DNA of 64,000 nucleotides from Alkalispirochaeta sp. (lineage in GTDB: Bacteria > Spirochaetota > Spirochaetia > DSM-27196 > Alkalispirochaetaceae): positions 76,831 to 140,830 of the forward strand of contig CBDESZ010000006.1 of NCBI GenBank assembly GCA_965242725.1, read 5' to 3'. The position numbers were made by a program, and so were the translations under genes. This document shows positions 18,199-28,037 of this stretch, one piece after another (positions within the stretch are counted from its first letter, which is position 1; every line of letters starts with the position of its first letter). The notes under the pieces were generated by a model. It had not been told where the DNA came from. It did not search any database and worked only from the letters and a program-made list of their open reading frames with translations.

Positions 18199-19026
18199 TC
18201 AGGCTGCAGCCTGAGCGCCGCGCCGGTTGTATGCCATATTCGGCGTCTTCCCATCCACGGATGAGTGAGGGCGCCGTCCGTTGTACATCGTGATGTACTC
18301 ATCGATTCGTTGCCGGGCTTCTGCCGGTGATTGGTAGTCGTTGAGGTACACCTCGTCGTACTTGATCGTCCGCCAGAACCGCTCGATGATTACATTGTCG
18401 AGAGCGCGGCCCTTGCCATCCATACTGATCTTCACGCCCGCATCTTTAAGGGGCTGCAGAAACGCCGGAGAGGTGAACTGTACTCCCTGATCGGAGTTGA
18501 AGATCTCCGGCGGCCCATACCGTCTGAGAGCCTGCTCGAGCACTTCAATCGCGGACGATTTGTCGAGAGTCAGGCTTACGTCCCAGCTCAACACCTTCCG
18601 GGAGAACCAGTCAATGATCGCCGTCAGGTACACGAACCCGTCTTCCAGCCGAATATAGGTCGTATCGATCGACCACACCTGGTTGGGACGCTCAATCGAC
18701 AACCCTCTCAAGAGGTACGGGTATACCTCGTGTTCCGGCGGCAGGCGACGGTGATAGGTGTGCGGAAACACCACACGCAGCATCATGAGCCGCATCAGAC
18801 GCTGTACGCGCTTCCGGTTGACCGTCCAACCCTCCAGACGCAGGGCGTCACGGATCATTCGGCTGCCCCACGTGATATGCGCGGTGTGGAGCTCATCGAT
18901 CCGTTTCATAAGCTGATCGGTGTCCCGATCGACCTTCTGCGGTTGGTAGTACAGCGTTGATCGGTTCAGGCCCAACAGCATGCACTGCTCACGGACTGAC
19001 AGTCTTTCGTGATCCGGCTCGATCAT
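18199..19026 (-). CDS. IS3-family transposase OrfB (DDE)
   Basis: WSIDTTY, IDWFSR, FNSDQGVQF, DN..IERFW. Confidence 0.92.
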   Translation of the reverse strand: MIEPDHERLSVREQCMLLGLNRSTLYYQPQKVDRDTDQLMKRIDELHTAHITWGSRMIRDALRLEGWTVNRKRVQRLMRLMMLRVVFPHTYHRRLPPEHEVYPYLLRGLSIERPNQVWSIDTTYIRLEDGFVYLTAIIDWFSRKVLSWDVSLTLDKSSAIEVLEQALRRYGPPEIFNSDQGVQFTSPAFLQPLKDAGVKISMDGKGRALDNVIIERFWRTIKYDEVYLNDYQSPAEARQRIDEYITMYNGRRPHSSVDGKTPNMAYNRRGAQAAA

Positions 19027-19331
19027 TTCCCGAAGTTCGGCAGCTGATCGACTCCCAGTTTTTTTTTCAGGAAATCGATCTGTACTTGCTGGTGACCGAC
19101 CTTCCGGTATAGCTCATCTCGTTCGGCCTCAGTGGCCTGTTGCTCGTCATCATGCTTGCCGGCAAAGATGTCCGGCCCATGATCCATCAGCTCTTTCTTC
19201 CAGCGATGGACCTGCGTCGGATGAACGCCATATTCCTCGGCGATCTCCGTCACGCTGCGGTCAGCCTTGTAGGCCTCCATCGCAACCTTGAACTTGGTCG
19301 CCTTGTTCCATGTTGTTCGTCGTCGTCCCAT
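19023..19331 (-). CDS. IS3-family OrfA (HTH)
   Basis: KFKVAMEA..IAEEYGVHPTQVHRWK; ends LKKK at the slippery site. Confidence 0.88.
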   Translation of the reverse strand: MGRRRTTWNKATKFKVAMEAYKADRSVTEIAEEYGVHPTQVHRWKKELMDHGPDIFAGKHDDEQQATEAERDELYRKVGHQQVQIDFLKKKLGVDQLPNFGK

Positions 19332-19429
19332 GGTGCAAAACCTCCGATTCCCATTCCAACGCAATCTTCATGCGTTGTCCAGTTTTCGGGGTCCACCATA
19401 TTTCGTACAAAAGAATCGAAGCAAGAGCG

Positions 19430-19732
19430 CTAATTCGTCTTGGCGAGTACTCGCGGGATCTTTCTCAAGTCTTCTTTCAGCCGTTCCTTTTCATCGCGAA
19501 GATCATACTCATCCTGGATACCCATCCAGAACTCCGCCGAGTTTCCAAAATACGCCGATAATCGAAGCGCGGTGTCCGCAGTAATACGCCGATTACCTTT
19601 TAGGATCTGCGATATTCGAGTCGCCGGCATCCGGGTGTCCTGGGCAAGTCGGTACGCACTGATTCCCATCGGCTCGAGGAATTCTTCTTTCAATATTTCT
19701 CCGGGAGTAACATTGGGAATTTCGTCCATCAC
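19430..19732 (-). CDS. higA: HigA antitoxin
   Basis: PGEILKEEFLEPMGIS.YRLA..ITADTALRL..FG.SAEFWM..Q..YDL. Confidence 0.92.
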   Translation of the reverse strand: MMDEIPNVTPGEILKEEFLEPMGISAYRLAQDTRMPATRISQILKGNRRITADTALRLSAYFGNSAEFWMGIQDEYDLRDEKERLKEDLRKIPRVLAKTN

Positions 19733-19964
19733 ATCCTCCTAGTGGTAATCCACGATTTCGACGTCGTGAGCCGATCCGTTTTCCCAACGAAAACAGATCC
19801 GCCATTGATCATTAATCCGCACGCTATGCTGACCTGATCGACCCCCCGATAATGATTCCAGTCGATTCCCTGGTGGTATTCGGAGATCATTCAGATCTCG
19901 GGACCGATGAATCATGACGAGTTTGCGATAGGCGGTTTTCTGAATCGGTTCGGGGATTTTTTTT

Positions 19965-21297
19965 GGTTCATCGCAGATTAGCGGGGAATAGTCAGTAGAA
20001 GGAAATAGCAAGATGGCGGCCCACCGGGTACTGTTTGAGTCGACCAAGATCCAAACACCGGAGGACCACCATGCAAGCTATTCACCAAGATATCGACCTT
20101 CTGGGAAACTGGGAAGGCTACCGCGTTCGCGGTATCAGGGTTCCTGTGAACCAGAATCGAAAGATCCGTGTTGAACTCCATCCGAAACACGGGTGGTGGG
20201 GTGGGTGCAGCCGGTGTGGATGTACCGGCTGCGACTACCACGATCGTACAACTCGGGTAGTCCGAGACCTCCCGGTATTCGGCCAAGCGGTTGAACTTCG
20301 TGTCCTCGTACGACGGGTGATTTGTCCGGTATGTGGCCCCAGCCGTGAATCGATCCCCTGGTTGGATTCGTATGCACGCGTCACGAGACGGTTGGCCGAT
20401 ACCGTCTGCCGGATGGCAGAGATCATGACGATCAAGGACGTTGCGAAGACGTTTCTGCTTGCCTGGCATACGGTGAAGAACATCCACAAACGGTACCTAA
20501 CGCACCTCCTTGAGCCGGTTGATCTCAACGGGGTCACCCAGCTTCTGATCGATGAGTTTGCTATCCAGAAAGGGCATCGATACGCGACGGTAGTCGTCGA
20601 TGCAGTGCGAAAACGGGTACTGTGGGTCGGAAGGGGCCGCTCACGAGCCTCTATTCGTCCGTTTTTTGAGCTGCTCGGGGACCAGCGACACAACATCAAA
20701 GCGGTCGCACTCGATATGAGTAGCGCCTACATCAATGAAATCGCCGAACAGTGTCCACACGCGCAGGTGATCTTTGATCACTTTCACGTCATCGCCCGCT
20801 ACGGTCGCGAGGTCATCGATCGCGTCCGCGTTGATGCCGCCAACCGATATCGACATGACCCGATACAGCGGAAGCTGGTCAAAGGGTCTCGTTGGCTCCT
20901 ATTACGAAACCCCAGCAACATCACCCGACCGGAAGACCGGCAACAACTCGACGAGCTGCTTGAAATCAACAAGGAACTATCGCTGGTGTACATCATGAAG
21001 GAGCACCTCAACCATCTCTGGCGGTTCGAAGATCAGATTACCGCTCGTGCGTGGTGGCATCAGTGGTATCGCATGGCGATCAACAGCAACATCGACGCGT
21101 TAATCAAGTTCGCTCGGAATCTATCCGTTCACGTGGAGGGCTTGTTGGCACACACAAGATACCGGCTGAATACCGGTGTCCTCGAAGGTATGAACAACAA
21201 GATCAAGGTGATCAAGCGGGTCGCCTTTGGCTTCCGGGATGACGAATACTTCTTTCTTCGCATCCGTCACGCATTCCCCGGAGTTCGACGATGAACC
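19965..21297 (+). mobile_element. ISL3-family element (1333 bp)
   Basis: IRs GGTTCATCG..GGGGAAT at both ends; 8-bp T8 target duplication; absent from copy 2 (offset difference 1341 = 1333+8). Confidence 0.93.
20071..21294 (+). CDS. ISL3 transposase
   Basis: CxxC zinc finger, IDEFA, ALDMS, DHFHV, EGMNNKIK.IKR.AFGFR; GGAGG before ATG20071. Confidence 0.92.
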   Translation: MQAIHQDIDLLGNWEGYRVRGIRVPVNQNRKIRVELHPKHGWWGGCSRCGCTGCDYHDRTTRVVRDLPVFGQAVELRVLVRRVICPVCGPSRESIPWLDSYARVTRRLADTVCRMAEIMTIKDVAKTFLLAWHTVKNIHKRYLTHLLEPVDLNGVTQLLIDEFAIQKGHRYATVVVDAVRKRVLWVGRGRSRASIRPFFELLGDQRHNIKAVALDMSSAYINEIAEQCPHAQVIFDHFHVIARYGREVIDRVRVDAANRYRHDPIQRKLVKGSRWLLLRNPSNITRPEDRQQLDELLEINKELSLVYIMKEHLNHLWRFEDQITARAWWHQWYRMAINSNIDALIKFARNLSVHVEGLLAHTRYRLNTGVLEGMNNKIKVIKRVAFGFRDDEYFFLRIRHAFPGVRR

Positions 21298-21370
21298 TTT
21301 TTTTTTGAAAACTCTTGCCGCCAGATTCTCGACGTCTCTTTGTCCTTAAATGACTCGATCACCTAGGCTA

Positions 21371-21414
21371 ATAATAACGCAATACATCATTGACGTAAAG
21401 CGTCATTATGACGC
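21371..21414 (-). promoter_or_regulatory. higBA promoter and palindromic operator
   Basis: Minus strand TTTACG-N17-TATTAT ending 8 nt before the GTG start (near-leaderless); IR GCGTCAT-T-ATGACGC at 21400-21414. Confidence 0.6.
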
Positions 21415-21477
21415 GAGAGCGTACCTTCGGTTTCTGCGTCAATCGCGTATTGCAATTTGGCTTCGCGTTCCGGAGTC

Positions 21478-21554
21478 ACATAACGACCGCATCACCTGCG
21501 CCCTCGCAGGAGCGAAGCGACGAGAAGGCGTCTGGTGAATGCGCGATGTTATGT
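21478..21554 (-). other. attC site (77 bp) immediately 5' of the ISCR-like transposase gene
   Basis: Minus strand R'' ACATAAC, GCATTCACC vs GGTGATGC (one extra base), CCAGACGCC vs GGCGCAGG (extra A), R' GTTATGT. Confidence 0.85.
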
Positions 21555-21616
21555 TGCGCACGGTGACCACGCCCCCTATCTGAAGCAGGAAGCTCGCTAC
21601 GCCCGTATGTGTTTAT

Positions 21617-22954
21617 GTGAGCACGGCAATCTCTGTCGCGACCGCGGTAAGGAATCAATACGTTCCCCGCGGCCGCAACGAGCTCCATACTATATTCGAG
21701 CGGCACTTCGGCGACTTCTGCGCCCAGTACGATGAGAAGTACGCCGCCACTTACGGCCGGTATCGCCTTGAGCGCATCCAGCAGATCGGGGAGCGGTTTT
21801 GCACCTGTGGCGACTATCTCCAGGGCGTCGCGCGGATACGCTGCACGAATCCCGAATGCGGACACGATTACTTCCGACCGTTCTCCTGCAAGGGGTTTTA
21901 TCTTTGTCCGTCCTGCAGTCGCAAACGAACCATCCTGTTCGCTGAACACCTGACAGACGAGGTCCTGCTCAAGCTGCCGCATCGGCAGTTCGTTTTCACG
22001 ATGCCCAAAGCACTCCGGCCGTTCTTTCGCCACGATCGACGCTTGTTCGCCGAGGTGTCTCGCCTAATCTACGACATCCTCCGTGATTTTTACCAAGAGG
22101 CCGCGGGCAGACCGCTGCTCACCGGCATGGTCATCGCGCACCAGACGTTTGGAGACATGCTCCGCTGGAACCCTCATTTCCACGCCATCGTTTTGGAGGG
22201 CGGGTTTGATGATGAAGGTACGTTCTTCTACATCCCGTTCTCTGGGCTCCAGTCGATGGTCGAGGTATTCCGGCGTCGGGTGATCAAGCTGGTGGTGCAA
22301 CGGGAGCTCCTGAACGATGACTTCGCTCGAAACCTTCTATCCTGGAGACACTCCGGTTTCAGTATCGACAACAGCGTACGCATACTCGACGAGTCCTCCC
22401 AGGAAAGCCTGGCGGAGTACATAGCACGGCCGCCGATCTCGCTGAAGAAGATCCGCTACGAGCCGTTCAAAGGGAAGGTCCTATTTCACACCAAGTACTC
22501 GGAGTATTTCAAGCAGAACTTCCATCTGTTCGATGCCTTAGACTTTTTGGCCGAGTTAACGCAGCACATCCCGCCGAAACGTCTACAACTGATTCGGCGT
22601 TACGGGCTCTATGCCTCCCGCACAAAGGGACGGTGGGCACAGATGCCATGGGTTGTGGAACGAGCACCGGACGGATGGAAGACCGACCATCAATGCGGTG
22701 ATGTCGCAGATGATCCTGGCTACGAGCCATTGTCGGATGGGGATGAAGAGGTCGATATCAATGCGAGCAAACGCGCCTGGGCCCGACTACTCGCGAAGGT
22801 CTATGAGGTCGATCCGATGGTCTGCCCAAAGTGCGGTGCGGACATGAAGGTGATCGCCGTCATCGAGGATCCCGACGAACTGAAGCGTATCCTCCGACAT
22901 CTGATCAAGATCGGGCGGTCCCCACCGGGATTCGATCCCGATCGCCTTAACTGA
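21617..22954 (+). CDS. IS91-family (ISCR-like) HUH rolling-circle transposase
   Basis: Zn domain (CGD..C..C..FSCK...CPSC), HRQFVFT, NPHFH (HUH), HSGFS, single Tyr SLAEYIARPP, RYG, WARLL..CPKCG..ILRHL. Confidence 0.92.
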   Translation: MSTAISVATAVRNQYVPRGRNELHTIFERHFGDFCAQYDEKYAATYGRYRLERIQQIGERFCTCGDYLQGVARIRCTNPECGHDYFRPFSCKGFYLCPSCSRKRTILFAEHLTDEVLLKLPHRQFVFTMPKALRPFFRHDRRLFAEVSRLIYDILRDFYQEAAGRPLLTGMVIAHQTFGDMLRWNPHFHAIVLEGGFDDEGTFFYIPFSGLQSMVEVFRRRVIKLVVQRELLNDDFARNLLSWRHSGFSIDNSVRILDESSQESLAEYIARPPISLKKIRYEPFKGKVLFHTKYSEYFKQNFHLFDALDFLAELTQHIPPKRLQLIRRYGLYASRTKGRWAQMPWVVERAPDGWKTDHQCGDVADDPGYEPLSDGDEEVDINASKRAWARLLAKVYEVDPMVCPKCGADMKVIAVIEDPDELKRILRHLIKIGRSPPGFDPDRLN

Positions 22955-23174
22955 CTGCTCTCTCGGCCTCGCGCCGTGGCATCCGTGTGTCCGTCTTACG
23001 CCCCAATCGTTTCCGTAACAGCCCTGATCTGTCCGTTTGGACGTTTGCGTACTCGAGTGGGCGGCAAGTGCGCCGCCGGCGCACGGCGAACCGCGATTCT
23101 CGTCGTGATTTCGTCGAGTCTTGCGCCTACCGCCCGTTTTCCGGTTGCGCTCGCGGATAACTCTTCCTACTACT
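22955..23174 (+). other. oriIS-like end
   Basis: About 220 bp non-coding tail ending AACTCTTCCTACTACT (TTCCTA resembles IS91/ISCR oriIS); identity with copy 2 stops here; IR GTGCGCCG/CGGCGCAC at 23068-23084. Confidence 0.75.
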
Positions 23175-23238
23175 GGTGCTTCTCGAGTCGGAGGGCATGC
23201 GCCTCGAGGATGTCGTCGCCGAGCTCGCCTCGCGCTGA
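23171..23238 (+). pseudogene. hisE: 3' remnant of phosphoribosyl-ATP pyrophosphatase (hisE/hisIE)
   Basis: Translates LVLLESEGMRLEDVVAELASR*, matching the HisE C-terminal pattern; only 21 codons. Confidence 0.6.
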
Positions 23239-23331
23239 CCGACTGACCGGCCGTCATCGCGGCGGGCCTGTTGCGGACGACCTTCCGTCGGAACGGGCGA
23301 CCCGGCGTACGGCGCGCGCCGTCCCCGGTCG

Positions 23332-24693
23332 TTACGGCGTGGCCGTCGGACCGGCAGGTTCGGCGTACTCCATCGGCCCCTCGTCGGGGTTGTACGAACT
23401 TTCGGCGTCCTGAACGGCGCCGGGCGGCAATGGAACGTCCCCCGCCAGGAGGGGGTCTCCGGTCCGACGCATCCACGACTCCAGTCGTTCCTCCAGCGCA
23501 GCCCGTACCTCCGCGTACCCCGGGTCATCGGCGACGTTCACCCGCTCGAGGGGATCGATGTTGAGGTCGTAGAGCTGCACCGCGTCCAGGGGAAAATTCC
23601 TCACCCCCGCGTCGAAGAGGTGGTGCTTCGACGCGCTGCCGTCGATGTTGACGGGAACGAGGCGGGGCGGCGTGAGAAATCGCTTGATCAGCTTGTGGTC
23701 CCGGGTACGGATGGCGCGCTGTGGCTCGTACCGGGCGTGGTACGTCACTTCCGCGAACAGCTCGTCCCGGATCTGATCGCGCTCACCCGTGAGGAGGGGA
23801 AGCAGGGAGCGACCCTCGAGGTTCGCCGGCGCGGGGATCCCCGTCAGTTCGCAGATCGTCGGAAAGATGTCGAGGTGCGAGACGAGGCCGTTGACGACCG
23901 ATCCGCGGGCGGGGTTGCCGGGATAGTCGAGGATGAGGGCGACGCCGATGCCCGTATCGTAGAGGGTGCACTTGTTGTAGGGGTACGCCACCCCGTGGTC
24001 CGTCGTGAAGATGATGATCGTCTGCTCCCGGAGCCCCGCGGCGTCCAGGGCGTCCAGCACGATGCGCACGCAGCGGTCGACGACGCGGGCGGAGGTGACA
24101 AAGCCGGCGTAATCCTCCCGCGCTTCGGGGGTGTCGGTGACCTCCCGGGGAGGCAGGAGGCGGTCAGGCTCGACCCCTTCCTCGACGGGGGGAAACTCCC
24201 GGTGCGTGTTGAACATACCGAAGGAGAGGAAGAAGGGGGAGTCGCTTTCACCCGCCTTCGTGAGGTACGCCGCGGCGCTCCGGGCGTTGGAGAGGTCGTA
24301 CTCGACGGTGTCGAAGTCGTGGGCGTTGGCCATCGAAATCCCGAAGTCGTCGAGGACCTCGTCGTATCCGATCGCGTCGACCGGCTCCGCCTCGTGCTGG
24401 ATACCCGACAGGGCCGTTCGGTAGCCCGCGGCCGTGCAGTGGCGCACGAGATGCTCCTCGTAGTCGTAGAGCCGGAACCCCCGGTGAGCGAGGCCGAGCA
24501 TTCCCGCGCGGTGGGGGCTCGTGCCGGTGAGGAGTCCCGCCCGACTGGGGGAGCACGTCGGGGCGGTGCTGTACGCCTGGCGGAAGAGGGTTCCCCGCCG
24601 GGCCAGCTCGGTGATTGCCGGGGTGCCGACGGCGTACCCGTAGGGGTCGAAGTACCGCCCGCTGTCGTGCGTGTGAAGGTAAAGAATGTTCAT
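23332..24693 (-). CDS. Cys-type sulfatase
   Basis: MNILYLHTHD start, CSPSRAGLLTG formylglycine motif, TTDHG, LYDL..DP.E. Confidence 0.9.
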   Translation of the reverse strand: MNILYLHTHDSGRYFDPYGYAVGTPAITELARRGTLFRQAYSTAPTCSPSRAGLLTGTSPHRAGMLGLAHRGFRLYDYEEHLVRHCTAAGYRTALSGIQHEAEPVDAIGYDEVLDDFGISMANAHDFDTVEYDLSNARSAAAYLTKAGESDSPFFLSFGMFNTHREFPPVEEGVEPDRLLPPREVTDTPEAREDYAGFVTSARVVDRCVRIVLDALDAAGLREQTIIIFTTDHGVAYPYNKCTLYDTGIGVALILDYPGNPARGSVVNGLVSHLDIFPTICELTGIPAPANLEGRSLLPLLTGERDQIRDELFAEVTYHARYEPQRAIRTRDHKLIKRFLTPPRLVPVNIDGSASKHHLFDAGVRNFPLDAVQLYDLNIDPLERVNVADDPGYAEVRAALEERLESWMRRTGDPLLAGDVPLPPGAVQDAESSYNPDEGPMEYAEPAGPTATP

Positions 24694-24737
24694 CGTGTGT
24701 TGACCTTTCATGTGTGGTGTCACCGCGGTGCTCCACA

Positions 24738-25571
24738 TCAACCCTTGATGGCGCCGAGGGTGAGCCCCCGGACGATGTGGCGCTGCGCGTAGGTAACGAG
24801 GACAAACGCCGGCACCGCCGCGAAGAGGGACGCCGCCGCCATCTCTCCATACTCCGTCCGCCACTCCTGGACAAATCCGGCGATGCCGATCGGAACGGTC
24901 ATCCCGTTGGGGGTACTCGTGAGAACGAGGGCGAGGAGAAACTCTTTCCAGGAGAAGAGGAAGACGAGAATCATCGCCGCCGAAATGGCGCCCTGGACGA
25001 CCGGAAGGATCACCGCCCAGAGGGTCTGCAGCTCGGACGCGCCGTCGATCATCGCCGACTCCCGCAGTGCCGGGGGTACCGCGGCAAACCCGTCCTGGAG
25101 GATCCACAGCCCGAGAGGAATATTGAAGAGGGTGTGCGCTACGATTACCGCCGCCGGGGTGTCGTAGATCCCGACGGATCGGGCAAAGAGATACAGCGGC
25201 GCGGCGAAGATGATCGGCGGGAGGAGGTGGACGAGGAGCAGCCACAGGGTGACGACGCTCTTGGCCCCCGCACGCCAGCGAAACTGGGCGAGACTGTACG
25301 CGGCGGGACCGGCGATGAGCAGCACCAGGACCATCGTTCCGCTGGAGGAGATGACGCTGTTGATGGTCAGGCGCAGAAAGTCGCTGCGAACACCGTCGAA
25401 GAGGCGCTGATAGTTGATCAGCGTCGGCTCAAAGACAAAAGAACCGCTCATGATGTCCCGGGTAAACTTGAGGGACGTCGCTCCCGTGAAGAGCACCGGG
25501 ACGACGAGGATTATCAGCCACAGTGAAACGATGGCAACGGTAAAGAATCGGGCACGTCGGGTTGAGTTCAT
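24738..25571 (-). CDS. Carbohydrate ABC transporter permease
   Basis: EAA motif LRESAMIDGAS; multiple TM helices. Confidence 0.9.
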   Translation of the reverse strand: MNSTRRARFFTVAIVSLWLIILVVPVLFTGATSLKFTRDIMSGSFVFEPTLINYQRLFDGVRSDFLRLTINSVISSSGTMVLVLLIAGPAAYSLAQFRWRAGAKSVVTLWLLLVHLLPPIIFAAPLYLFARSVGIYDTPAAVIVAHTLFNIPLGLWILQDGFAAVPPALRESAMIDGASELQTLWAVILPVVQGAISAAMILVFLFSWKEFLLALVLTSTPNGMTVPIGIAGFVQEWRTEYGEMAAASLFAAVPAFVLVTYAQRHIVRGLTLGAIKG

Positions 25572-25586
25572 GCTTCCTCCTCTGCC

Positions 25587-26462
25587 CTACTCGCGGTCGA
25601 GCCGCGCAAGAACAACGCGATAGACGATGATGATCGACAGGACGATTACCGACAGGAGGATTGTGAGAAACGATCCGTAGCCGATGCGGTTCTGCACGAA
25701 GTACACCTTGTAGATGTACAGGTTGAGCACCTCCGTCGCCGTTCCCGGGCCACCGTTGGTGAGGAGGTACACCTGATCGAATACCTTGAACGCGAAGATC
25801 AATCGCAACATCAGTGCCGTGGCGATCGAAGGGCGAAGGAGTGGCAGAATCACGTGACGACGGATCTGGCGCGACGAAGCGCCATCGACCTGGGCAACCT
25901 CAAAGAGCTCGTGAGGGAGAGATTCGAGACCGGCGTAGACGATCAGAAAAACGAAGCTCGTCCAGTGCCAGATGTCGACGATGATGATCGTCAGCAGCGC
26001 GAGGTTGGGGTCCGCGTTCCACGTCGGACCCTGGACGCCGACGAGAGACAGAATCATGTTGAAGAGACCGAAGTTGTAGTCGTACATGAGCCGCCACATC
26101 GACCCGATGGCGATCGGCGGAATCAGGATCGGGAAGAGCAGGAGCGTCTTCGCGAGGACCGTCGTTTTGCGGAGGCTGCCGATCATCAGCGCCAGTGCCG
26201 TTCCCAGGATACCCTCGACGATGACGACCACCGCAACGTAGATGAAGGTGTTGCGCAGGGCGATTCCGACGACCGGGTCGGCGATCGCGGTACGCGCGTG
26301 CTTGAGACCGACAAAGGTCCGGGTGACCTGCGATCCCGAGAATGAGACTTCGGAGACACCCATCTGGACGAGCTGGATGATGGCGTAGGTCGAGAAGACC
26401 ATGAGGAAAAGAAAAAGCGGCACCATGGCCCGATACTTGAACGGCATCGATATCTGCTGCAT
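25587..26462 (-). CDS. Carbohydrate ABC transporter permease
   Basis: EVAQVDGAS, FDQVYLLTNGGPG. Confidence 0.9.
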   Translation of the reverse strand: MQQISMPFKYRAMVPLFLFLMVFSTYAIIQLVQMGVSEVSFSGSQVTRTFVGLKHARTAIADPVVGIALRNTFIYVAVVVIVEGILGTALALMIGSLRKTTVLAKTLLLFPILIPPIAIGSMWRLMYDYNFGLFNMILSLVGVQGPTWNADPNLALLTIIIVDIWHWTSFVFLIVYAGLESLPHELFEVAQVDGASSRQIRRHVILPLLRPSIATALMLRLIFAFKVFDQVYLLTNGGPGTATEVLNLYIYKVYFVQNRIGYGSFLTILLSVIVLSIIIVYRVVLARLDRE

Positions 26463-26562
26463 GGACGGTCCTTTGTTTCGTCGAAGATTTCGTCGAAATG
26501 GCGCGGAAGAGGGCCTGTGCTCTCTTCCGCGCCGGGATGGGTCAGTTCTCGGAGCGGAGAGT

Positions 26563-27891
26563 CTACTCGACGATCACCGCATTGTAACCGGCACCGTCGA
26601 GGACGGCGAAGATCTCTTCGGCGGCGTTCTGCATCGCTTCTGCCGGTGACTCCTGGCCGATCACGGCGTAGCCGATCTGCCGCTTGATGATGTCGTTGAT
26701 CTGGGCACTCTCGGGGATCCGCAGCTGGGGCGAGATGTACGGGGTGGATGCGGCAAACCCTTCCATCCACCATCCGATTTCGGGGTCACTCGAGAGGGTG
26801 TCGTAGGTGTCCTGTCGCACCGGGATCGCTCCCGCCTGGGTGTACGCGATCTGGTTTTCCGCCGTGAGGAGATAGTCAAGAAAGTCCACGGCGGCCTGTT
26901 TGCGGTCGTCCGGAATATTGTGGGGCACTCCCATCGTCCAGATGCCGGTCATCGTGGTGCGGGAGTCCGCCGTCCGGCCCGGGACGGGCACGGCGCGGAT
27001 CTGGCCGGCGACGATCGACTCTTCCTCATTGTCAAAGGCGGGGGCTGCCGCGCCAACGACGATCGCCTGGGCGAGACGTCCGCTCTGCAAGAGTCCCATG
27101 AGCTGGGCCTGACCGATGTCGGCGAAGTTCGCCGGTCCGTACTCGGCGGTCATGTCGAGCAGGTACTCGAGGGCTTCGATCGACTCGGAGCTTCCGATCA
27201 GTACTTCCCAGACGCCGCTGTCGGCGTTGTAGATCACGTAGCCACCACCGAAGCTCTCGAAGACGGCGTTGGTTTCCCACTCCGGCGGGTTGGTGCGCCA
27301 GGCAAATCCGAGAACGTCATCACTGCTCACCGCTTCGGCGATCGCACGGACCTCGTCCCAGGTGGTGGGCGGATCGAGTCCCGCCTCTTCGAGGAGATCG
27401 GCGCGGTAGAAGAAGAGCTGGATGTTTCCATTGACCGGAACGGCGTACATCGTGCCGTCCGGAGAGGCCACGCCCGTCTCGGGGTCCCAGAACGCGGCGT
27501 TACCATAGTCGATGACGTTCTCGTCCAGGGTGAAGGATGGTCTGATCTCGGTGATCGGCGTCAGCCAGTCGTTGGCGTAAAACTCGAGCATCCACTGCTC
27601 GTTGAGGTTGATCAGGTCAAACTCGCTCTCACCCGCGGTAACGGCGTTGCGCGACTTCGGAAGCATCGCCGGAAAGGGGTTGACGTCGAGACGCACCGGA
27701 TTGCCCGTCTCCTCGATGTACTTCTCGACGATCGCCTCGAAGCCGGGCAACCACGGGGACGTGTTGATCAGAATCGAGATCTCCGGATTGGTCCCCTCCG
27801 GGGCATCTCCTTCCGGTTGGCCGCCGGCCATCGCGAGACCCGTTATCAGGGTCAGGGCAACCAGGGTGGCAAAAAAGCAACGTATACGCAT
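26563..27891 (-). CDS. Carbohydrate ABC solute-binding protein
   Basis: Signal 'MAGGQPE'; YAVP....FFYRADLLEEAG..PTTWDE. Confidence 0.88.
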   Translation of the reverse strand: MRIRCFFATLVALTLITGLAMAGGQPEGDAPEGTNPEISILINTSPWLPGFEAIVEKYIEETGNPVRLDVNPFPAMLPKSRNAVTAGESEFDLINLNEQWMLEFYANDWLTPITEIRPSFTLDENVIDYGNAAFWDPETGVASPDGTMYAVPVNGNIQLFFYRADLLEEAGLDPPTTWDEVRAIAEAVSSDDVLGFAWRTNPPEWETNAVFESFGGGYVIYNADSGVWEVLIGSSESIEALEYLLDMTAEYGPANFADIGQAQLMGLLQSGRLAQAIVVGAAAPAFDNEEESIVAGQIRAVPVPGRTADSRTTMTGIWTMGVPHNIPDDRKQAAVDFLDYLLTAENQIAYTQAGAIPVRQDTYDTLSSDPEIGWWMEGFAASTPYISPQLRIPESAQINDIIKRQIGYAVIGQESPAEAMQNAAEEIFAVLDGAGYNAVIVE

Positions 27892-28037
27892 TACCGTATC
27901 CTCCTTGTAGATCGTGGCCGATAAATTCGGTCGTCTTCAGTGTCGAACGAGAATCCGGTTATGTCAACCTGTTTCTTTACCGGTTGCTATACGTGTATCG
28001 AAACCGTTGACAGCAGAGATTGCGCCTCGTACAGTAG

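Larger units (their letters stand above)
18138..19400 (-). mobile_element. IS3-family element (1263 bp) inserted between higA and its attC
   Basis: Imperfect IRs TGAGGTGGACCCC / TATGGTGGACCCC; flanking TTT duplication; orfA/orfB with an A9 -1 frameshift window. Confidence 0.9.
19739..21362 (-). pseudogene. higB: HigB (RelE-superfamily) toxin, split by the ISL3
   Basis: N-terminus MIESFKDKETSRIW from GTG21362; C-terminus PPGNRLE.L...HSVRINDQWRICF..IVDYH ends at 19739. Confidence 0.88.
17693..23174 (+). mobile_element. ISCR/IS91-like rolling-circle unit, copy 1 (shared part; the araC cassette continues left to about 17088)
   Basis: Direct repeat of 39477-43617 (offset 21784, then 20443 after the ISL3); shared sequence begins and ends with TACT. 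Confidence 0.85.

Noticed and set aside
19739..20047. 102-aa ORF that looks like a complete HigB
   Set aside because: The N-terminal part is read from the ISL3 end (TTG start); the true N-terminus is at 21362. In-frame fusion is probably chance.
24694..25245. Long N-terminal extension on the sulfatase
   Set aside because: Overlaps the ABC permease in another frame; the family start MNILY is at 24693.
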